DNA of 64,000 bases from an uncultured Maribacter sp. (GCF_947496775.1 NZ_CANMDU010000004.1:218426-282425), one strand, 5' to 3'; positions 37,987 through 49,142 are shown, counted from the stretch's first letter. The notes: generated from the letters alone by a model not told the origin. Program-made: numbers and translations.

Positions 37987-38442
37987 ATGAGCAATATTAG
38001 AATTACCAAACAGTTTAATTTTGAAACCGGTCATGCCCTTTTTGGCTACGATGGTAAATGTAGAAATGTTCATGGCCATAGCTATAAACTTTCTGTAACC
38101 GTAATTGGAACTCCTATTACAGACAAAAGTCATGTAAAACTAGGCATGGTAATAGATTTTGGGGATTTAAAAAAAATAGTAAAAGAAGAAATTGTAGATC
38201 AATTTGATCATGCTACTGTTTTTAATAAAAATACCCCGCATGTAGATTTAGCAAAGGAACTAACAGATAGAGGTCACAATGTAATCTTAGCAGATTACCA
38301 ACCTACGAGTGAGAATATGGTAATAGATTTCTCTGCAAAAATAAAAGCTCGTTTACCAAAAAACATTCAACTACATTCTTTAAAATTACAAGAAACAGAA
38401 ACTTCTTTTGCAGAATGGTATGCATCTGATAATAATAAATAG
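37987..38442 (+). CDS. queD: 6-carboxy-5,6,7,8-tetrahydropterin synthase
   Basis: The product has the QueD/PTPS fold motifs (ETGHALFGYDGKCRNVHGHSYKLSVTV). The start is moved to the second Met of the ORF-track call. Confidence 0.85.
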   Translation: MSNIRITKQFNFETGHALFGYDGKCRNVHGHSYKLSVTVIGTPITDKSHVKLGMVIDFGDLKKIVKEEIVDQFDHATVFNKNTPHVDLAKELTDRGHNVILADYQPTSENMVIDFSAKIKARLPKNIQLHSLKLQETETSFAEWYASDNNK

Positions 38443-38455
38443 GCTGTGTAATATA

Positions 38456-39334
38456 TTAGGGTTTCGTTGTAATAAAATCTTCACTTTCTGCCCATTCGTA
38501 AAAGCGATCTAACCAATTATCACTTGGAAAACCTCTTTTCCAAGTGCCAAAACCATGTCCGCCTTTGGTATACATGTGCATTCCTGTTTTTACACCCGCT
38601 TTATGCCATCTATTAAACAATTCTGTAAAAAAAGTAGCATCAATTAACTGGTCGTTCGCCGCTGTAACAAACAATGTAGGAGGTGTATCTTTAGTCGGTT
38701 TAGGGCTAATTAAATCTGTTCCGGGATATACAGGAACTAAAAAATTAGGCCTATTCTCTTTTTTACACTCTTTTACCACCCCAAAAGCTATTACACCCCC
38801 AGCGGAAAAGCCCATAAAACCAATTTTTTGGGGGTCAATACCTAGGGTTTTTGCATTTTCCCGAACATAACTAATAGCACTTAAACCATCATTTACAGAA
38901 TAAGGTAATACTTCTTTTGTAATACGAATTCTCTCTTGGTTACTCTCTTTAATAATAGCATTTAAATCTTCCGCAGCATCTTCACCTGTAGGTACTAATC
39001 TATATTTTAAAATATAGGCAGTAATTCCTTTGCTTGCTAACCATTCTGCAACATTATAACCTTCACTCTTCATACTTAAAAAGTACATACCACCGCCTGG
39101 TGCTATAATAATCGATGTTCCGTTTTTCTTTTCTGGATCAGGTTCATAAACAGTTAAAGTAGGTGAGGATATATTTGCTACAATAGTAGCATTAGCAACC
39201 TTAGAAAAGTATTCTTTTTCCCCTTTTTCCCAATTAATTATTTTAGGTTTTTCATGAGGTAGTTTAATAACTCTTTGCGCATGTACAGTTTGAATACCTA
39301 AAAAAACAATTAATAGTAATAATCTTAATTTCAT
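38456..39334 (-). CDS. Alpha/beta hydrolase (esterase/lipase family), secreted
   Basis: A signal peptide, a GFSAGG nucleophile elbow and a C-terminal HGFG region. Confidence 0.8.
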   Translation of the reverse strand: MKLRLLLLIVFLGIQTVHAQRVIKLPHEKPKIINWEKGEKEYFSKVANATIVANISSPTLTVYEPDPEKKNGTSIIIAPGGGMYFLSMKSEGYNVAEWLASKGITAYILKYRLVPTGEDAAEDLNAIIKESNQERIRITKEVLPYSVNDGLSAISYVRENAKTLGIDPQKIGFMGFSAGGVIAFGVVKECKKENRPNFLVPVYPGTDLISPKPTKDTPPTLFVTAANDQLIDATFFTELFNRWHKAGVKTGMHMYTKGGHGFGTWKRGFPSDNWLDRFYEWAESEDFITTKP

Positions 39335-39473
39335 AATGGAACGTCTGTTTTTATAACAACCTATTATACCTTAAATATAAAATTACAATATTTAGCTAAA
39401 GAACTTACTTTTTTAGATTTACAACAAGCATCTTTAAGCTTAAAAAAAGGACTTTCCTTATATTTACATCCAG

Positions 39474-40244
39474 ATGAAAAAAATATCTATTCCGGAGGGT
39501 AAAAAAGTATATTTCGCAAGTGATAACCACTTGGGAGCTCCCAACATGAAACAAAGCTTACCTCGCGAAAAGAAATTTGTTGCTTGGCTAGACGAGATTA
39601 AAGAAGATGCCGCTGCTATTTTGCTTTTAGGAGATTTGTTCGATTTCTGGATGGAATATAAAATGGTAATTCCAAAAGGATTTACACGTACCTTAGGTAA
39701 ATTAGCAGAATTAAGTGATGCCGGAATACCGATTTATTATTTTGTTGGTAATCATGATCTTTGGATGAATGGTTATTTTGAAGAAGAATTAAATATACCT
39801 GTTTACCATACTACGCAACAATTTAAACTGAATGACACTTCCTTTTTTATAGGTCACGGAGACGGTCTTGGCCCTGGGGACAAAGGTTTTAAACGCATGA
39901 AAAAAGTGTTTACCAATCCACTTGCCAAATGGTTGTTTAAATGGTTACACCCTGATATTGGTGTTCGACTAGGACAATACTTATCTGTAAAAAATAAACT
40001 TATTTCCGGAGATGAAGATGTTAAATTCTTAGGCGAAGAAAACGAGTGGTTAGTACAATATGCTAAACGCAAATTAGAAAGCCAACATTACGATTATTTT
40101 GTTTTTGGACACCGCCATTTACCTTTAGAAATAGACCTCAACGGAAAATCTACCTACGTAAACCTTGGTGATTGGATTTCTTACTATACATACGGCGTTT
40201 TTGATGGCACTAAACTTAATTTAGAAAAACTACCTAAGCAGTAG
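39474..40244 (+). CDS. Calcineurin-like metallophosphoesterase (LpxH-like UDP-2,3-diacylglucosamine hydrolase family)
   Basis: Motifs: YFASDNHLG, GDLFDFW, GNHD and GHRH. Confidence 0.7.
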   Translation: MKKISIPEGKKVYFASDNHLGAPNMKQSLPREKKFVAWLDEIKEDAAAILLLGDLFDFWMEYKMVIPKGFTRTLGKLAELSDAGIPIYYFVGNHDLWMNGYFEEELNIPVYHTTQQFKLNDTSFFIGHGDGLGPGDKGFKRMKKVFTNPLAKWLFKWLHPDIGVRLGQYLSVKNKLISGDEDVKFLGEENEWLVQYAKRKLESQHYDYFVFGHRHLPLEIDLNGKSTYVNLGDWISYYTYGVFDGTKLNLEKLPKQ

Positions 40245-41499
40245 TCTCTTCCTGATGTTTATCTATATCTTTTTGCAAATCTAACTTTCTAAAAGATGGC
40301 AAAGAAATGGCTGTAATTCCAACAGTTAACAAAGTCATTGTTCCGCCAAAAACTACGGCTGTAACTGCTCCCATCCATTTTGCAGTTAATCCACTTTCAA
40401 AAGCCCCTAATTCATTAGAAGAGCCTACAAAAATAGAATTTACTGATGCTACTCTTCCTCGCATATGGTCTGGTGTTTTTAATTGCAATATGGTTTGCCT
40501 AATTATCATAGAAACCCCGTCTACAGCTCCACTAGCAAACAAAGCCAATACAGATAACCAAAAGTAAGTAGACAATCCAAAAACAATAATACAGACCCCA
40601 AACCCAAAAATGGCGTAAAGTAACTTCTTCCCTGCATTTTTATGCAAAGGAAAACGGGTAGAACCAAGCATAGTTAAAAATGCTCCAACTGCTGGAGCGG
40701 CTCTAAGTATACCAAAACCCTCCGCTCCTACATATAATATATCTTGTGCAAAAATAGGCAACAATGCCACGGCTCCTCCAAAAAGAACAGCTATCATATC
40801 TAAAGTTAACGCTCCCAGAACTGCTTTGGTACTAAAAACAAAATCTAGTCCTTCTTTTAAGCTTTGGAAAATAGGTTCGCCAATTTTAGGGTTTAATATT
40901 GGTTTTCTGTCTATCTGAAAAAGAAAAAGTAAGGCTACAATAGAAAACGCAAAAATGATACACATGGACCAATGAACACCAATCCAACTTATAGAAAAAC
41001 CAGCAAAAGCAGGCCCTAAAACCGATGCCATTTGCCAAGTAGAGCTACTCCAAGTAGCTGCATTAGGGTATATTTTTTTAGGGACTATTAAAGCTACTAA
41101 AGAAAATATGGTTGGGCCAATAAAAGAACGTACAATACCACCAAGAAAAACTAAGAAGTAAATAGTATAAAGAATAGTCTTGGTACTATAATCTAATTGA
41201 ACCTGTGGCATACTTAGCATAAACAAACCAAGACTTATTATAGAAAACCCAAGTATACATTTAACCAATAAAGTTCGCTTCTCCTTTTGATCTACAATAT
41301 GTCCTGCAAAAAGAGCCATTAGCACCGCAGGAATAACCTCCATAAGACCAATTATTCCCAAAGAAAGAGGGTCTTTTGTCATAGAATATACTTGCCATTC
41401 TATAACAATAAACTGCATAGACCAAGCAAATACCATGGCAAAGCGTACTACTAAAAATAAGTTGAATTCTTTATAACGAAGTGCTGCGTATGGATCCAA
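40234..41499 (-). CDS. MFS transporter
   Basis: A 421-aa product with 12 TM helices. Confidence 0.8.
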   Translation of the reverse strand: MDPYAALRYKEFNLFLVVRFAMVFAWSMQFIVIEWQVYSMTKDPLSLGIIGLMEVIPAVLMALFAGHIVDQKEKRTLLVKCILGFSIISLGLFMLSMPQVQLDYSTKTILYTIYFLVFLGGIVRSFIGPTIFSLVALIVPKKIYPNAATWSSSTWQMASVLGPAFAGFSISWIGVHWSMCIIFAFSIVALLFLFQIDRKPILNPKIGEPIFQSLKEGLDFVFSTKAVLGALTLDMIAVLFGGAVALLPIFAQDILYVGAEGFGILRAAPAVGAFLTMLGSTRFPLHKNAGKKLLYAIFGFGVCIIVFGLSTYFWLSVLALFASGAVDGVSMIIRQTILQLKTPDHMRGRVASVNSIFVGSSNELGAFESGLTAKWMGAVTAVVFGGTMTLLTVGITAISLPSFRKLDLQKDIDKHQEETTA

Positions 41500-41567
41500 A
41501 GGTTTCTATTTAAAAAACCAAAGGTAGTACTATATTTAATTTAGAATATAATACCACCTTTAGTATC

Positions 41568-41930
41568 CTAATTATTAGAACATATACTATCTAAATAATT
41601 GCCTAAATCTAACTGAAAAATAGTGCCTTCCACCAAATCTTTCATTGCAAACAACTCCATAGTATCCAATGCAAGAGTAACTTGATACGCAGGTGTATTT
41701 AACAATAGTTTTCTACAAGAATCATTTTGCGCACAATTCTCACACTGTAAATAATTACTTTCTACGGAATGCATCACATTTTGCGAAAAGCTTATTAACT
41801 CTTCTCTTGTAATAAAAAGACCTGTATCTTTAAATACCAATTGTATTTTGCTATTATCTTTTAGGGTATTCTTTTTCCATTGAAAAGCCATACCAAATTC
41901 ATTAGAATAAATTGGATTAATATCCTCCAT
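41568..41930 (-). CDS. Hypothetical protein
   Basis: The ORF is 120 aa with no recognisable motif. Confidence 0.4.
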   Translation of the reverse strand: MEDINPIYSNEFGMAFQWKKNTLKDNSKIQLVFKDTGLFITREELISFSQNVMHSVESNYLQCENCAQNDSCRKLLLNTPAYQVTLALDTMELFAMKDLVEGTIFQLDLGNYLDSICSNN

Positions 41931-41936
41931 ATCATA

Positions 41937-42488
41937 TTATTTTAACAGGTTATCCTCTTTGAGGTTTTTAATACTTAGTAAAACTTTACCAACAGCAAGA
42001 GTCATGCTGTTTGCCGATATTGTAGCTCCAGAAATTGCATCTATATTCTCCTCATAAATAGGAGAATCTTTAATGGTAAGACCAATGAATTGTTTTAACC
42101 ATCGTTGGCTACCAATTTGCCTTCCATGTTCTTCTCTATAGATTAGTACTTTTGCTTTTTTAATACTTAGGTCTGCATTAAATAAGATTAGATAATCGAA
42201 CATGCGTTTCATACTTGCTGTTTCTCCTAAATATCCATATCCTAGCACAACATTATTCTGCTTTATTTTGAATAACCTGTCCTCAGATAAATCTACCATA
42301 CCTTCTGGGTAACTCGTATTATCTAGAATAATAATCTCTTTTTGAAAATTGTCAATTTCAAAAGTTTGTAAAATAGCATTATCTACTTTTGCTATCAGTT
42401 TAGGGGTATGCATCCAAGAGGAGAAAACAAATACTAAAAGGGAGCTAATTAATAGATAAGAAAAAAGAATACCTACTTTATTTACCAT
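41937..42488 (-). CDS. FMN-binding domain protein (NosR/NqrC-type FMN_bind), membrane-anchored
   Basis: An N-terminal TM helix and a C-terminal ...SGATISANSMTLAVGKVL motif. Confidence 0.55.
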   Translation of the reverse strand: MVNKVGILFSYLLISSLLVFVFSSWMHTPKLIAKVDNAILQTFEIDNFQKEIIILDNTSYPEGMVDLSEDRLFKIKQNNVVLGYGYLGETASMKRMFDYLILFNADLSIKKAKVLIYREEHGRQIGSQRWLKQFIGLTIKDSPIYEENIDAISGATISANSMTLAVGKVLLSIKNLKEDNLLK

Positions 42489-43401
42489 CTTCTGCTTTAT
42501 TACTTGGCACTACGAATTGATTTAATACAGCAGTAATTGCTTTTTTACTTTCCTTTGTTTTTTCTAATGCGTACATATGCATAAACAGAGGTTGTTTATC
42601 TACACTCTTTTTTAACTCCAAGGGTGTTTCTCTATCGTAAATAGTACTCCATGATTTTCTTACTTTGCTCCAAAATTTAGCATTATTTTGCCACCAGGTC
42701 TTGGCTGCCAAACACTCAGCATCTGGAACTTTAACATAAGTATTATATCCTTTTTCTTGCGCTAAAAGCACATCCTTTTCTCCTATTTTACGAATAATTT
42801 TATCGTTATCTTGTTCATGAATCCACCCTATATCTGTTATTTCTTGTCTATTTCCTCTAGACATAACATTATAATCTTTACGCTTAGAATATTCCCTACG
42901 GGGTAATGGAGCATCCGATTTGTTTTCCCAATAATGCTTTCCATCCGCATGAATCCATGTAGCAGAACCCGAATACCTTGGACTATCATCTACCTGAAAA
43001 ACTTTTTGTGTCCATTGCCCTTCTACATCCTCTTTAGGTAAGGTTTTAAAATTCCACCTATTGTCTTTATCGTAATAAAAAACTTGCTGGTTCTCGTACA
43101 ACCAATCTTGGCGCCAATGCTTTATTACCATAGTATCTTTTATTACTAACAAATGCTGAATAGATAATTTGTTATTAGAATCTTCAATTAATTCTGCCCA
43201 CTCTAAAGCCCCCGAAGTATAATCTAAATGCTTCTCATAATCTATTTCAGGAGCAAATGTTTCTGTGTATTTAAACTGTACTTTAAAACAACCACACATG
43301 GCCTTTATAGCCTCTTGATCCTGTTTTTTATGATTTTTTTGCGAATAACCCTGTGCTATATATCCAATTGCTAATAGGGTAAGTAATACTACTTTTTTCA
43401 T
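42478..43401 (-). CDS. Hypothetical lipoprotein
   Basis: A signal peptide and lipobox-like sequence on a 307-aa product. No family is recognised. Confidence 0.45.
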   Translation of the reverse strand: MKKVVLLTLLAIGYIAQGYSQKNHKKQDQEAIKAMCGCFKVQFKYTETFAPEIDYEKHLDYTSGALEWAELIEDSNNKLSIQHLLVIKDTMVIKHWRQDWLYENQQVFYYDKDNRWNFKTLPKEDVEGQWTQKVFQVDDSPRYSGSATWIHADGKHYWENKSDAPLPRREYSKRKDYNVMSRGNRQEITDIGWIHEQDNDKIIRKIGEKDVLLAQEKGYNTYVKVPDAECLAAKTWWQNNAKFWSKVRKSWSTIYDRETPLELKKSVDKQPLFMHMYALEKTKESKKAITAVLNQFVVPSNKAEDGK

Positions 43402-43519
43402 AAGGTGTTTTTTAGTTATCGAAATAAATATGTCATCACAAAAATATTAATTTTATTTAGACTGAATAAAAATAAAACATATATTTGTCAAAATAATTAT
43501 TTAGAACCATTCTAATTAA

Positions 43520-45703
43520 ATGAAAATAAACAACTACAATAGCCCCTCTTTTAGCCTAGCTTTTTATCCTAAACAAATTCTATTTTTTCTTTTGTTTATA
43601 GTTCATTCTGTCAATGCGCAAAAAAACATAAATACCGATTCTACTGAGGTAACTAAACTTAACGAAGTAATAGTTACCGGAGAGAACAAAGTGATGTCTT
43701 TAAGTAAAAAATTATTCTCGGTTGGAGTTATAGATAATACTGACATTGCAAAATTTGCTGGAAATAATCTCGCAGACATACTTCAATTTAATTTAAATAT
43801 TTCTGTAATACCTGATGCTACTACAGGTAGGTCAACAATAAGTCTATTTGGTTTAGATGGTCAATATGTAAAGATATTACTAGATGGAATACCTATGGCA
43901 AGCGATAATGGCATTGGGAATAATATAGATATAACACAAATAAATTTAGAAGATGTAGAACGAGTAGAGATAGTAGAAGGAGCCACTGGGGTATTATATG
44001 GAGACAATGCTGTTGCCGGAGTTATAAATATTGTATCTAAGAAGGACGTAAAACACAAGTGGCAAGTACAAACCTCTTTACAAGAAGAAACAGTTGGTGG
44101 CGAATATGCTTGGTTTGATAAAGGCAAACATATTCAAAATCTAAAGATAGGACATAAATACAACAACTATATATCTGCTAATATAGGAGTGTCAAGAAAC
44201 GATTTTAAAGGCTTCTTTAATACATTTAAAGGACAAAACTATGCTAATTTAGTAGATGGTATTGTAGAAAATGATGGTTTAAGAGGGGCAGAATGGAATC
44301 CAAAAGAACAAATCACATTTTTTGGTAATTTAAATTTAAAAATAAAGAACCACACTTTTTTATATAGGCTACAATCTTATGAAGAGATTTTAGATATATA
44401 CAGCCATATCGTAAACGGACGTTTAGGCGCCTTAGGAAATGCAAACCCTACAGCAACAGATGAGAGGTATACAACAAAACGCCTTGTAAATAACTTAAAT
44501 GTTTATGGTCCTTTTTTAGGTAAAAGCACTTATAATCTTTCCCTATCCTTACAAACTCAAAAAAGATATATAGAGGAGTACGTATACAATATTTTACAGC
44601 AGGGAATAGAGGGGTATACTAAAGATTTCCTAAACCAATCTACCGATATTCTATACTCTAAAGGTTTTATAAGTAATATTCTCCCAGGCTATAAAAAAGT
44701 AAATCTACAGTTAGGCTATGAGTTTACAAACCAATCTGGTTTTGATGCTATTGCATCAGGAACTCAATCTACAAGTGTAGTCAAGAATCGATTAGAAAAT
44801 TATGACTTTTTTGGTTCTGCAGATTTTTATATTACGGATAAATTAGCATTATACCCAGGAGCTCGTTTTACTACAAATTCGCAATTTGGAAATAAATTAA
44901 TTTGGTCCTTATCGTCTACTTATGATTTTACCAAAAAACTAAAATTAAAAGCCGTGTTTGGGTCTGCTTTTAGAGCTCCAAATTTTACAGAACTTTTCTA
45001 CTTTTTTGTAGACAGCAACCATAATATACAGGGCAATCCTAATTTACAACCAGAAGATGGTGTATCTTATTTTTTAGCCCTAGAAAACGTACTGCCACTA
45101 GAAGATAAAGGCTTTTTAAAATCTTCTTTTAAGTTCTTCTTTTTTGACATTCATGATAAAATAGAATTTGTTGTAGCCGATGATGATGATATACAATTTA
45201 CTTATAAGAATATAGATCAATTCAAAACTTTAGGTTTTTCTTTCGAAAATAGTCTTAGTTACAACAACAACTGGCAAATAAATTTAGGAGCTACCTATAG
45301 AGGAGAATCTAGTTCTATTATAGATGTAACCGCTGATGTAAATAAATACTTATGGAGTTTTAGTTTAACTTCTGGCCTATCCTATACTATCCCAAAGTTA
45401 AACACAACACTATCTGCTTCTTTAAAACACAATGGTAGATCCCAAATTTATGTATTAGATGATAATGATGAAGTAGCAGTAAGGCAAACCAACGCCTTTA
45501 ACTTTGTGGACGCTTCTATTAAAACAAAACTCCTGCAAAATCTAGAACTGACGCTTGGAGCAAGAAACCTTGCTGATATTATTAGAGTTAATGCAACAGA
45601 TATAGCTACGGGAACACATAACTCTAGTACTGGAGGATCTAGGTTACTAGGATACGGAAGATCATACTTTATAAAAATTTTATACAATCTAAACCTTAAT
45701 TAA
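43520..45703 (+). CDS. TonB-dependent outer-membrane receptor
   Basis: A signal peptide, a plug-domain motif (VERVEIVEGATGVLYGDNAVAGVINIV) and a C-terminal beta-barrel ending in aromatic residues. Confidence 0.9.
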   Translation: MKINNYNSPSFSLAFYPKQILFFLLFIVHSVNAQKNINTDSTEVTKLNEVIVTGENKVMSLSKKLFSVGVIDNTDIAKFAGNNLADILQFNLNISVIPDATTGRSTISLFGLDGQYVKILLDGIPMASDNGIGNNIDITQINLEDVERVEIVEGATGVLYGDNAVAGVINIVSKKDVKHKWQVQTSLQEETVGGEYAWFDKGKHIQNLKIGHKYNNYISANIGVSRNDFKGFFNTFKGQNYANLVDGIVENDGLRGAEWNPKEQITFFGNLNLKIKNHTFLYRLQSYEEILDIYSHIVNGRLGALGNANPTATDERYTTKRLVNNLNVYGPFLGKSTYNLSLSLQTQKRYIEEYVYNILQQGIEGYTKDFLNQSTDILYSKGFISNILPGYKKVNLQLGYEFTNQSGFDAIASGTQSTSVVKNRLENYDFFGSADFYITDKLALYPGARFTTNSQFGNKLIWSLSSTYDFTKKLKLKAVFGSAFRAPNFTELFYFFVDSNHNIQGNPNLQPEDGVSYFLALENVLPLEDKGFLKSSFKFFFFDIHDKIEFVVADDDDIQFTYKNIDQFKTLGFSFENSLSYNNNWQINLGATYRGESSSIIDVTADVNKYLWSFSLTSGLSYTIPKLNTTLSASLKHNGRSQIYVLDDNDEVAVRQTNAFNFVDASIKTKLLQNLELTLGARNLADIIRVNATDIATGTHNSSTGGSRLLGYGRSYFIKILYNLNLN

Positions 45704-45713
45704 ATTACAAATC

Positions 45714-47249
45714 ATGAAAAAAGTATTAGTATACAACATAGTATTAGCCATGCTCTTATTATCCTCTTGTAGTGATGATGACAAAACAGATTTTATTGAC
45801 TTCTCTATTGCTTTTACAGCAGAGACTAGTAGTTTGCTAGACTTGGATACGGATAAAGAAATTACACTTACCTACTCTAGAGCTGCTACAGAAACAGGTA
45901 CAATAACTATTAATTACTCCTTAGACAATGCAACATACGGAGAAGATTTTACAACAACCCCTTCTGGGGTAAATGGAACAATAACAATACCTGTAGCAGT
46001 AGGAGATTTAAATTCCAAAATAATTTTTACTAAGTTAAAAGATGCTATAGAAGGTACCACTAAAGCAGTGACATTTAAGATTACTAGTTTTGATCAAACC
46101 GAATGGGTAAAAGGAAGTATAGCATCTTCTCTATTAAGCTTTACACCCACTGCTGCTACATCTGGTGTTATAGATGTATTACTAGGCGGTCCTAATGAAC
46201 CAAACCAGGTATATATAGATTTAAGCACAGGACAACAAAAAGCCGTTCAAAGAGATACATGGGAAATTGGTTTATACAATGGTGCAGAGAATAGAGTATT
46301 TTTAAACTCGGCATTATTAGTTTCAGCTGCAGAATTAGAAGGAATTACGGATTTAAATACAGTTACAAAAGGAACAGTATTGACTAAGGCTTTAACTTTA
46401 AATTCAATAAACCCAGATTTTTCTCCAAAACAAGTTACCGTTACAACTGTGGAAGAATTGATAGAAGGGTTACCTTTAGGATATGGTCAGTATTCTAATC
46501 ATGCAGAAGGATATGTTTTTACGGATTTACAGTCTGGTGAAATAAACGGTACAGCATTTTCTGCCATTTCTACAACCGCTGAAGAAAACAATGTATATAT
46601 TGTTGGATTAGGAAATGCTATTTCTACAGAGACTCCGGATTCAGGAAGTATTTCTACTTCAGGAGATCATAACGGCTTTATGAAAGTACGTGTTTTAACA
46701 GATGGTAGTAGTTATACTATACAATATGCAACCTTAGATGCTAATACATTCTCAGAAATAACGGTAAATAAAGATGCTACTAAAATAGTATCAGCTGTTA
46801 GTTTAAGTGATTCTAAAGAAGTAGATGTGCAACCAGCAACAGAAAATTGGGATATAAATTTCACTGGAGTTTTTTCTGTGAATACAAGTAACGGATTTGG
46901 ATTTGTATATTCAGACTATGTATTGCACAATACATTAGGGAATGTAAGCTTATATCAACAAACATTATATACTGTAGATAGGGATACTAAAGAGAGAACG
47001 GATTATCCTATTCCCAGTTATGCAGATTTTACAGCTAGTGATGTAGACCAATCTTTATTAGTTAATGATGATCATAGCGTTATTGGTAGTGGTTGGAGAA
47101 ATGCTTTTAGTTCACCTCCCAGCGTAAAAGATGATCGTTATTTTGTTTTAAAAGATGCTGCAGGTAATTTTTATAAAATTAAGTTTACTGCTCTGCTTAG
47201 TAGTGAAGGCGAACGAGGAAATCCACAATTTATTTATGAAAAATTATAA
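45714..47249 (+). CDS. Surface lipoprotein co-transcribed with the TonB-dependent receptor (HmuY-like/DUF lipoprotein candidate)
   Basis: A lipoprotein signal (LLSSCSDDDK) on a 511-aa product. It lies 10 bp after the receptor gene. Confidence 0.5.
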   Translation: MKKVLVYNIVLAMLLLSSCSDDDKTDFIDFSIAFTAETSSLLDLDTDKEITLTYSRAATETGTITINYSLDNATYGEDFTTTPSGVNGTITIPVAVGDLNSKIIFTKLKDAIEGTTKAVTFKITSFDQTEWVKGSIASSLLSFTPTAATSGVIDVLLGGPNEPNQVYIDLSTGQQKAVQRDTWEIGLYNGAENRVFLNSALLVSAAELEGITDLNTVTKGTVLTKALTLNSINPDFSPKQVTVTTVEELIEGLPLGYGQYSNHAEGYVFTDLQSGEINGTAFSAISTTAEENNVYIVGLGNAISTETPDSGSISTSGDHNGFMKVRVLTDGSSYTIQYATLDANTFSEITVNKDATKIVSAVSLSDSKEVDVQPATENWDINFTGVFSVNTSNGFGFVYSDYVLHNTLGNVSLYQQTLYTVDRDTKERTDYPIPSYADFTASDVDQSLLVNDDHSVIGSGWRNAFSSPPSVKDDRYFVLKDAAGNFYKIKFTALLSSEGERGNPQFIYEKL

Positions 47250-47308
47250 GATTTCTCTTAAGAAACCTAACGCTTTACATTAATATTTTTTGAGTTTTAG
47301 TTGGTTAA

Positions 47309-47339
47309 AGTCCTTGCTCCTTTCGCAAGGGCTTTTTTA
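47309..47339 (+). terminator. Intrinsic terminator after the TonB-receptor/lipoprotein operon
   Basis: The stem AGTCCTTGC/GCAAGGGCT has one G.U pair and is followed by T7. Confidence 0.7.
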
Positions 47340-47444
47340 TCTTTGTAAGAGAGATTTTTTTTGTAAAAACAAAAAAAACACGAAACATCCAACCCAACAA
47401 TTAATACCCTACAGGCATCAATACAAGTGTACTGATAATTGCAC

Positions 47445-49142
47445 TTATTTTATGTCTCTGATTTTCAGTTGTAAAGAAATATTCCCTTGCCAATCATTCT
47501 CATCTATAGAAAAAACAGCACTAAAAGAGTCTTTCTTAACAGTGGTTAATTTATTTCCTAACCCGAACCCAATAGCATTAATTTTGGTGCCATTGGTAGT
47601 ACTTAAATTCTGAGAAATACAACACTTTAAATGGCTTTCATCTGCGCCAACTCCTTTAGCATAGCCAGAATCTATTAAATTTTCTGCCATAAAAACTGGC
47701 GTCATATTTCCAGGACCAAAGGGTTCAAATTGACGAATAATTCGCATTAATTTCGGGGTTACATCGGCAAACTCTATTCTAGAATCCACACTAATCTCTG
47801 GAGTCAATAAATTGGGATTAATAGTCTTAGAAACTACTTCTTCAAACTTTGTTTTAAAAGCATCATATTGCGATTCTAAAAGTGTTAAGCCGGCCGCATA
47901 TTTATGTCCTCCAAATTGCTCAATAAATTCCGAGCTTGCTTCTAAGGCATTATACACATCGAAACCTTTTACGGATCGCGCTGAAGCGGCTAACTTTTCA
48001 CCACTCTTTGTAAAAACTAAGGTAGGTCTATAATATGTTTCGGTTAATCTAGATGCTACTATACCTATTACTCCTTTATGCCATGAATCTTTATATACCA
48101 CGGAAGTAAATTTCTCTTCTTCTCCATTGTCTATAATTTGTTGTAAAGCTTGCTTAGTAATCTCTTTATCTAAATTCTTTCTATCTAAATTGTACTTCTC
48201 AATTTCGTTAGCAAACTTCTCCGCTTGCGCAATATTGGTTTCTGTTAGTAAATTTACCGCATGCTGCCCATGTTTCATTCTTCCTGCAGCATTAATGCGA
48301 GGTGCAATTACAAAAACAACATCTGTAATAGTTAACTTTTGTTTCTTTGTTTGCGCAATAATAGCTTGAAAACCAGTCCTTGGTTTACTATTAATAACCT
48401 TTAGCCCGTAATAGGCCAATACTCTATTCTCTCCTGTTATGGGTACAATATCTGCCCCTATAGCTGTGGCAACTAAGTCTAAATACGGTATTAAATCATC
48501 TATAGTTTGGTTATTATTTACAGCCAAAGCTTGTATCAACTTAAAACCAACACCGCAACCGCATAGCTCATCATATGGGTAATTACAATCGTCTCTTTTA
48601 GCGTCTAAAACTGCAACTGCTTTTGGTAATTCTTTTCCTGGTCTGTGGTGGTCACAAATAATAAAATCTATTCCTTTTTCTTTTGCATAAGCAACCTTGT
48701 CTATCGCTTTTACACCACAATCTAAGGTTATGATTAAAGTAAAATCATTGTCTTCGGCAAAATCAATCCCCATATAAGATACTCCATACCCCTCCGCATA
48801 TCTATCTGGAATATAAGTAGCAACATTAGGGTAATAGCTTAATAGGTAAGAGGAAACTAAAGCTACAGAGGTGGTTCCGTCCACATCATAATCGCCAAAT
48901 ACTAGTATGTTCTCATTATTTGCAATGGCCTTTTCTATACGCTCTACCGCAATATCCATGTCTTTCATTAAAAAAGGATCATGCAAATCGGAGAGCTGCG
49001 GTCTAAAAAAAGTTTTAGCCTTTGCGTAGGTAGAAATTCCCCTTTGTAAAAGTAGTTCTGCAACTATATCTTCTACTTTTAAAGCTTGCGCTAAAGCAGT
49101 AATGTCTTCTTGTTTGGGTTTTGCTTTAATTGTCCAGCGCAT
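47445..49142 (-). CDS. recJ: Single-stranded-DNA-specific exonuclease RecJ
   Basis: A 565-aa product with DHH-family motifs (DYDVDGTTS, ICDHH) and a DHHA1 region. Confidence 0.9.
   Translation of the reverse strand: MRWTIKAKPKQEDITALAQALKVEDIVAELLLQRGISTYAKAKTFFRPQLSDLHDPFLMKDMDIAVERIEKAIANNENILVFGDYDVDGTTSVALVSSYLLSYYPNVATYIPDRYAEGYGVSYMGIDFAEDNDFTLIITLDCGVKAIDKVAYAKEKGIDFIICDHHRPGKELPKAVAVLDAKRDDCNYPYDELCGCGVGFKLIQALAVNNNQTIDDLIPYLDLVATAIGADIVPITGENRVLAYYGLKVINSKPRTGFQAIIAQTKKQKLTITDVVFVIAPRINAAGRMKHGQHAVNLLTETNIAQAEKFANEIEKYNLDRKNLDKEITKQALQQIIDNGEEEKFTSVVYKDSWHKGVIGIVASRLTETYYRPTLVFTKSGEKLAASARSVKGFDVYNALEASSEFIEQFGGHKYAAGLTLLESQYDAFKTKFEEVVSKTINPNLLTPEISVDSRIEFADVTPKLMRIIRQFEPFGPGNMTPVFMAENLIDSGYAKGVGADESHLKCCISQNLSTTNGTKINAIGFGLGNKLTTVKKDSFSAVFSIDENDWQGNISLQLKIRDIK

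Noticed and set aside
47290-47613. Plus-strand 107-aa ORF between the lipoprotein gene and recJ
   Set aside because: It spans an intrinsic terminator and overlaps the recJ 3' end on the opposite strand.
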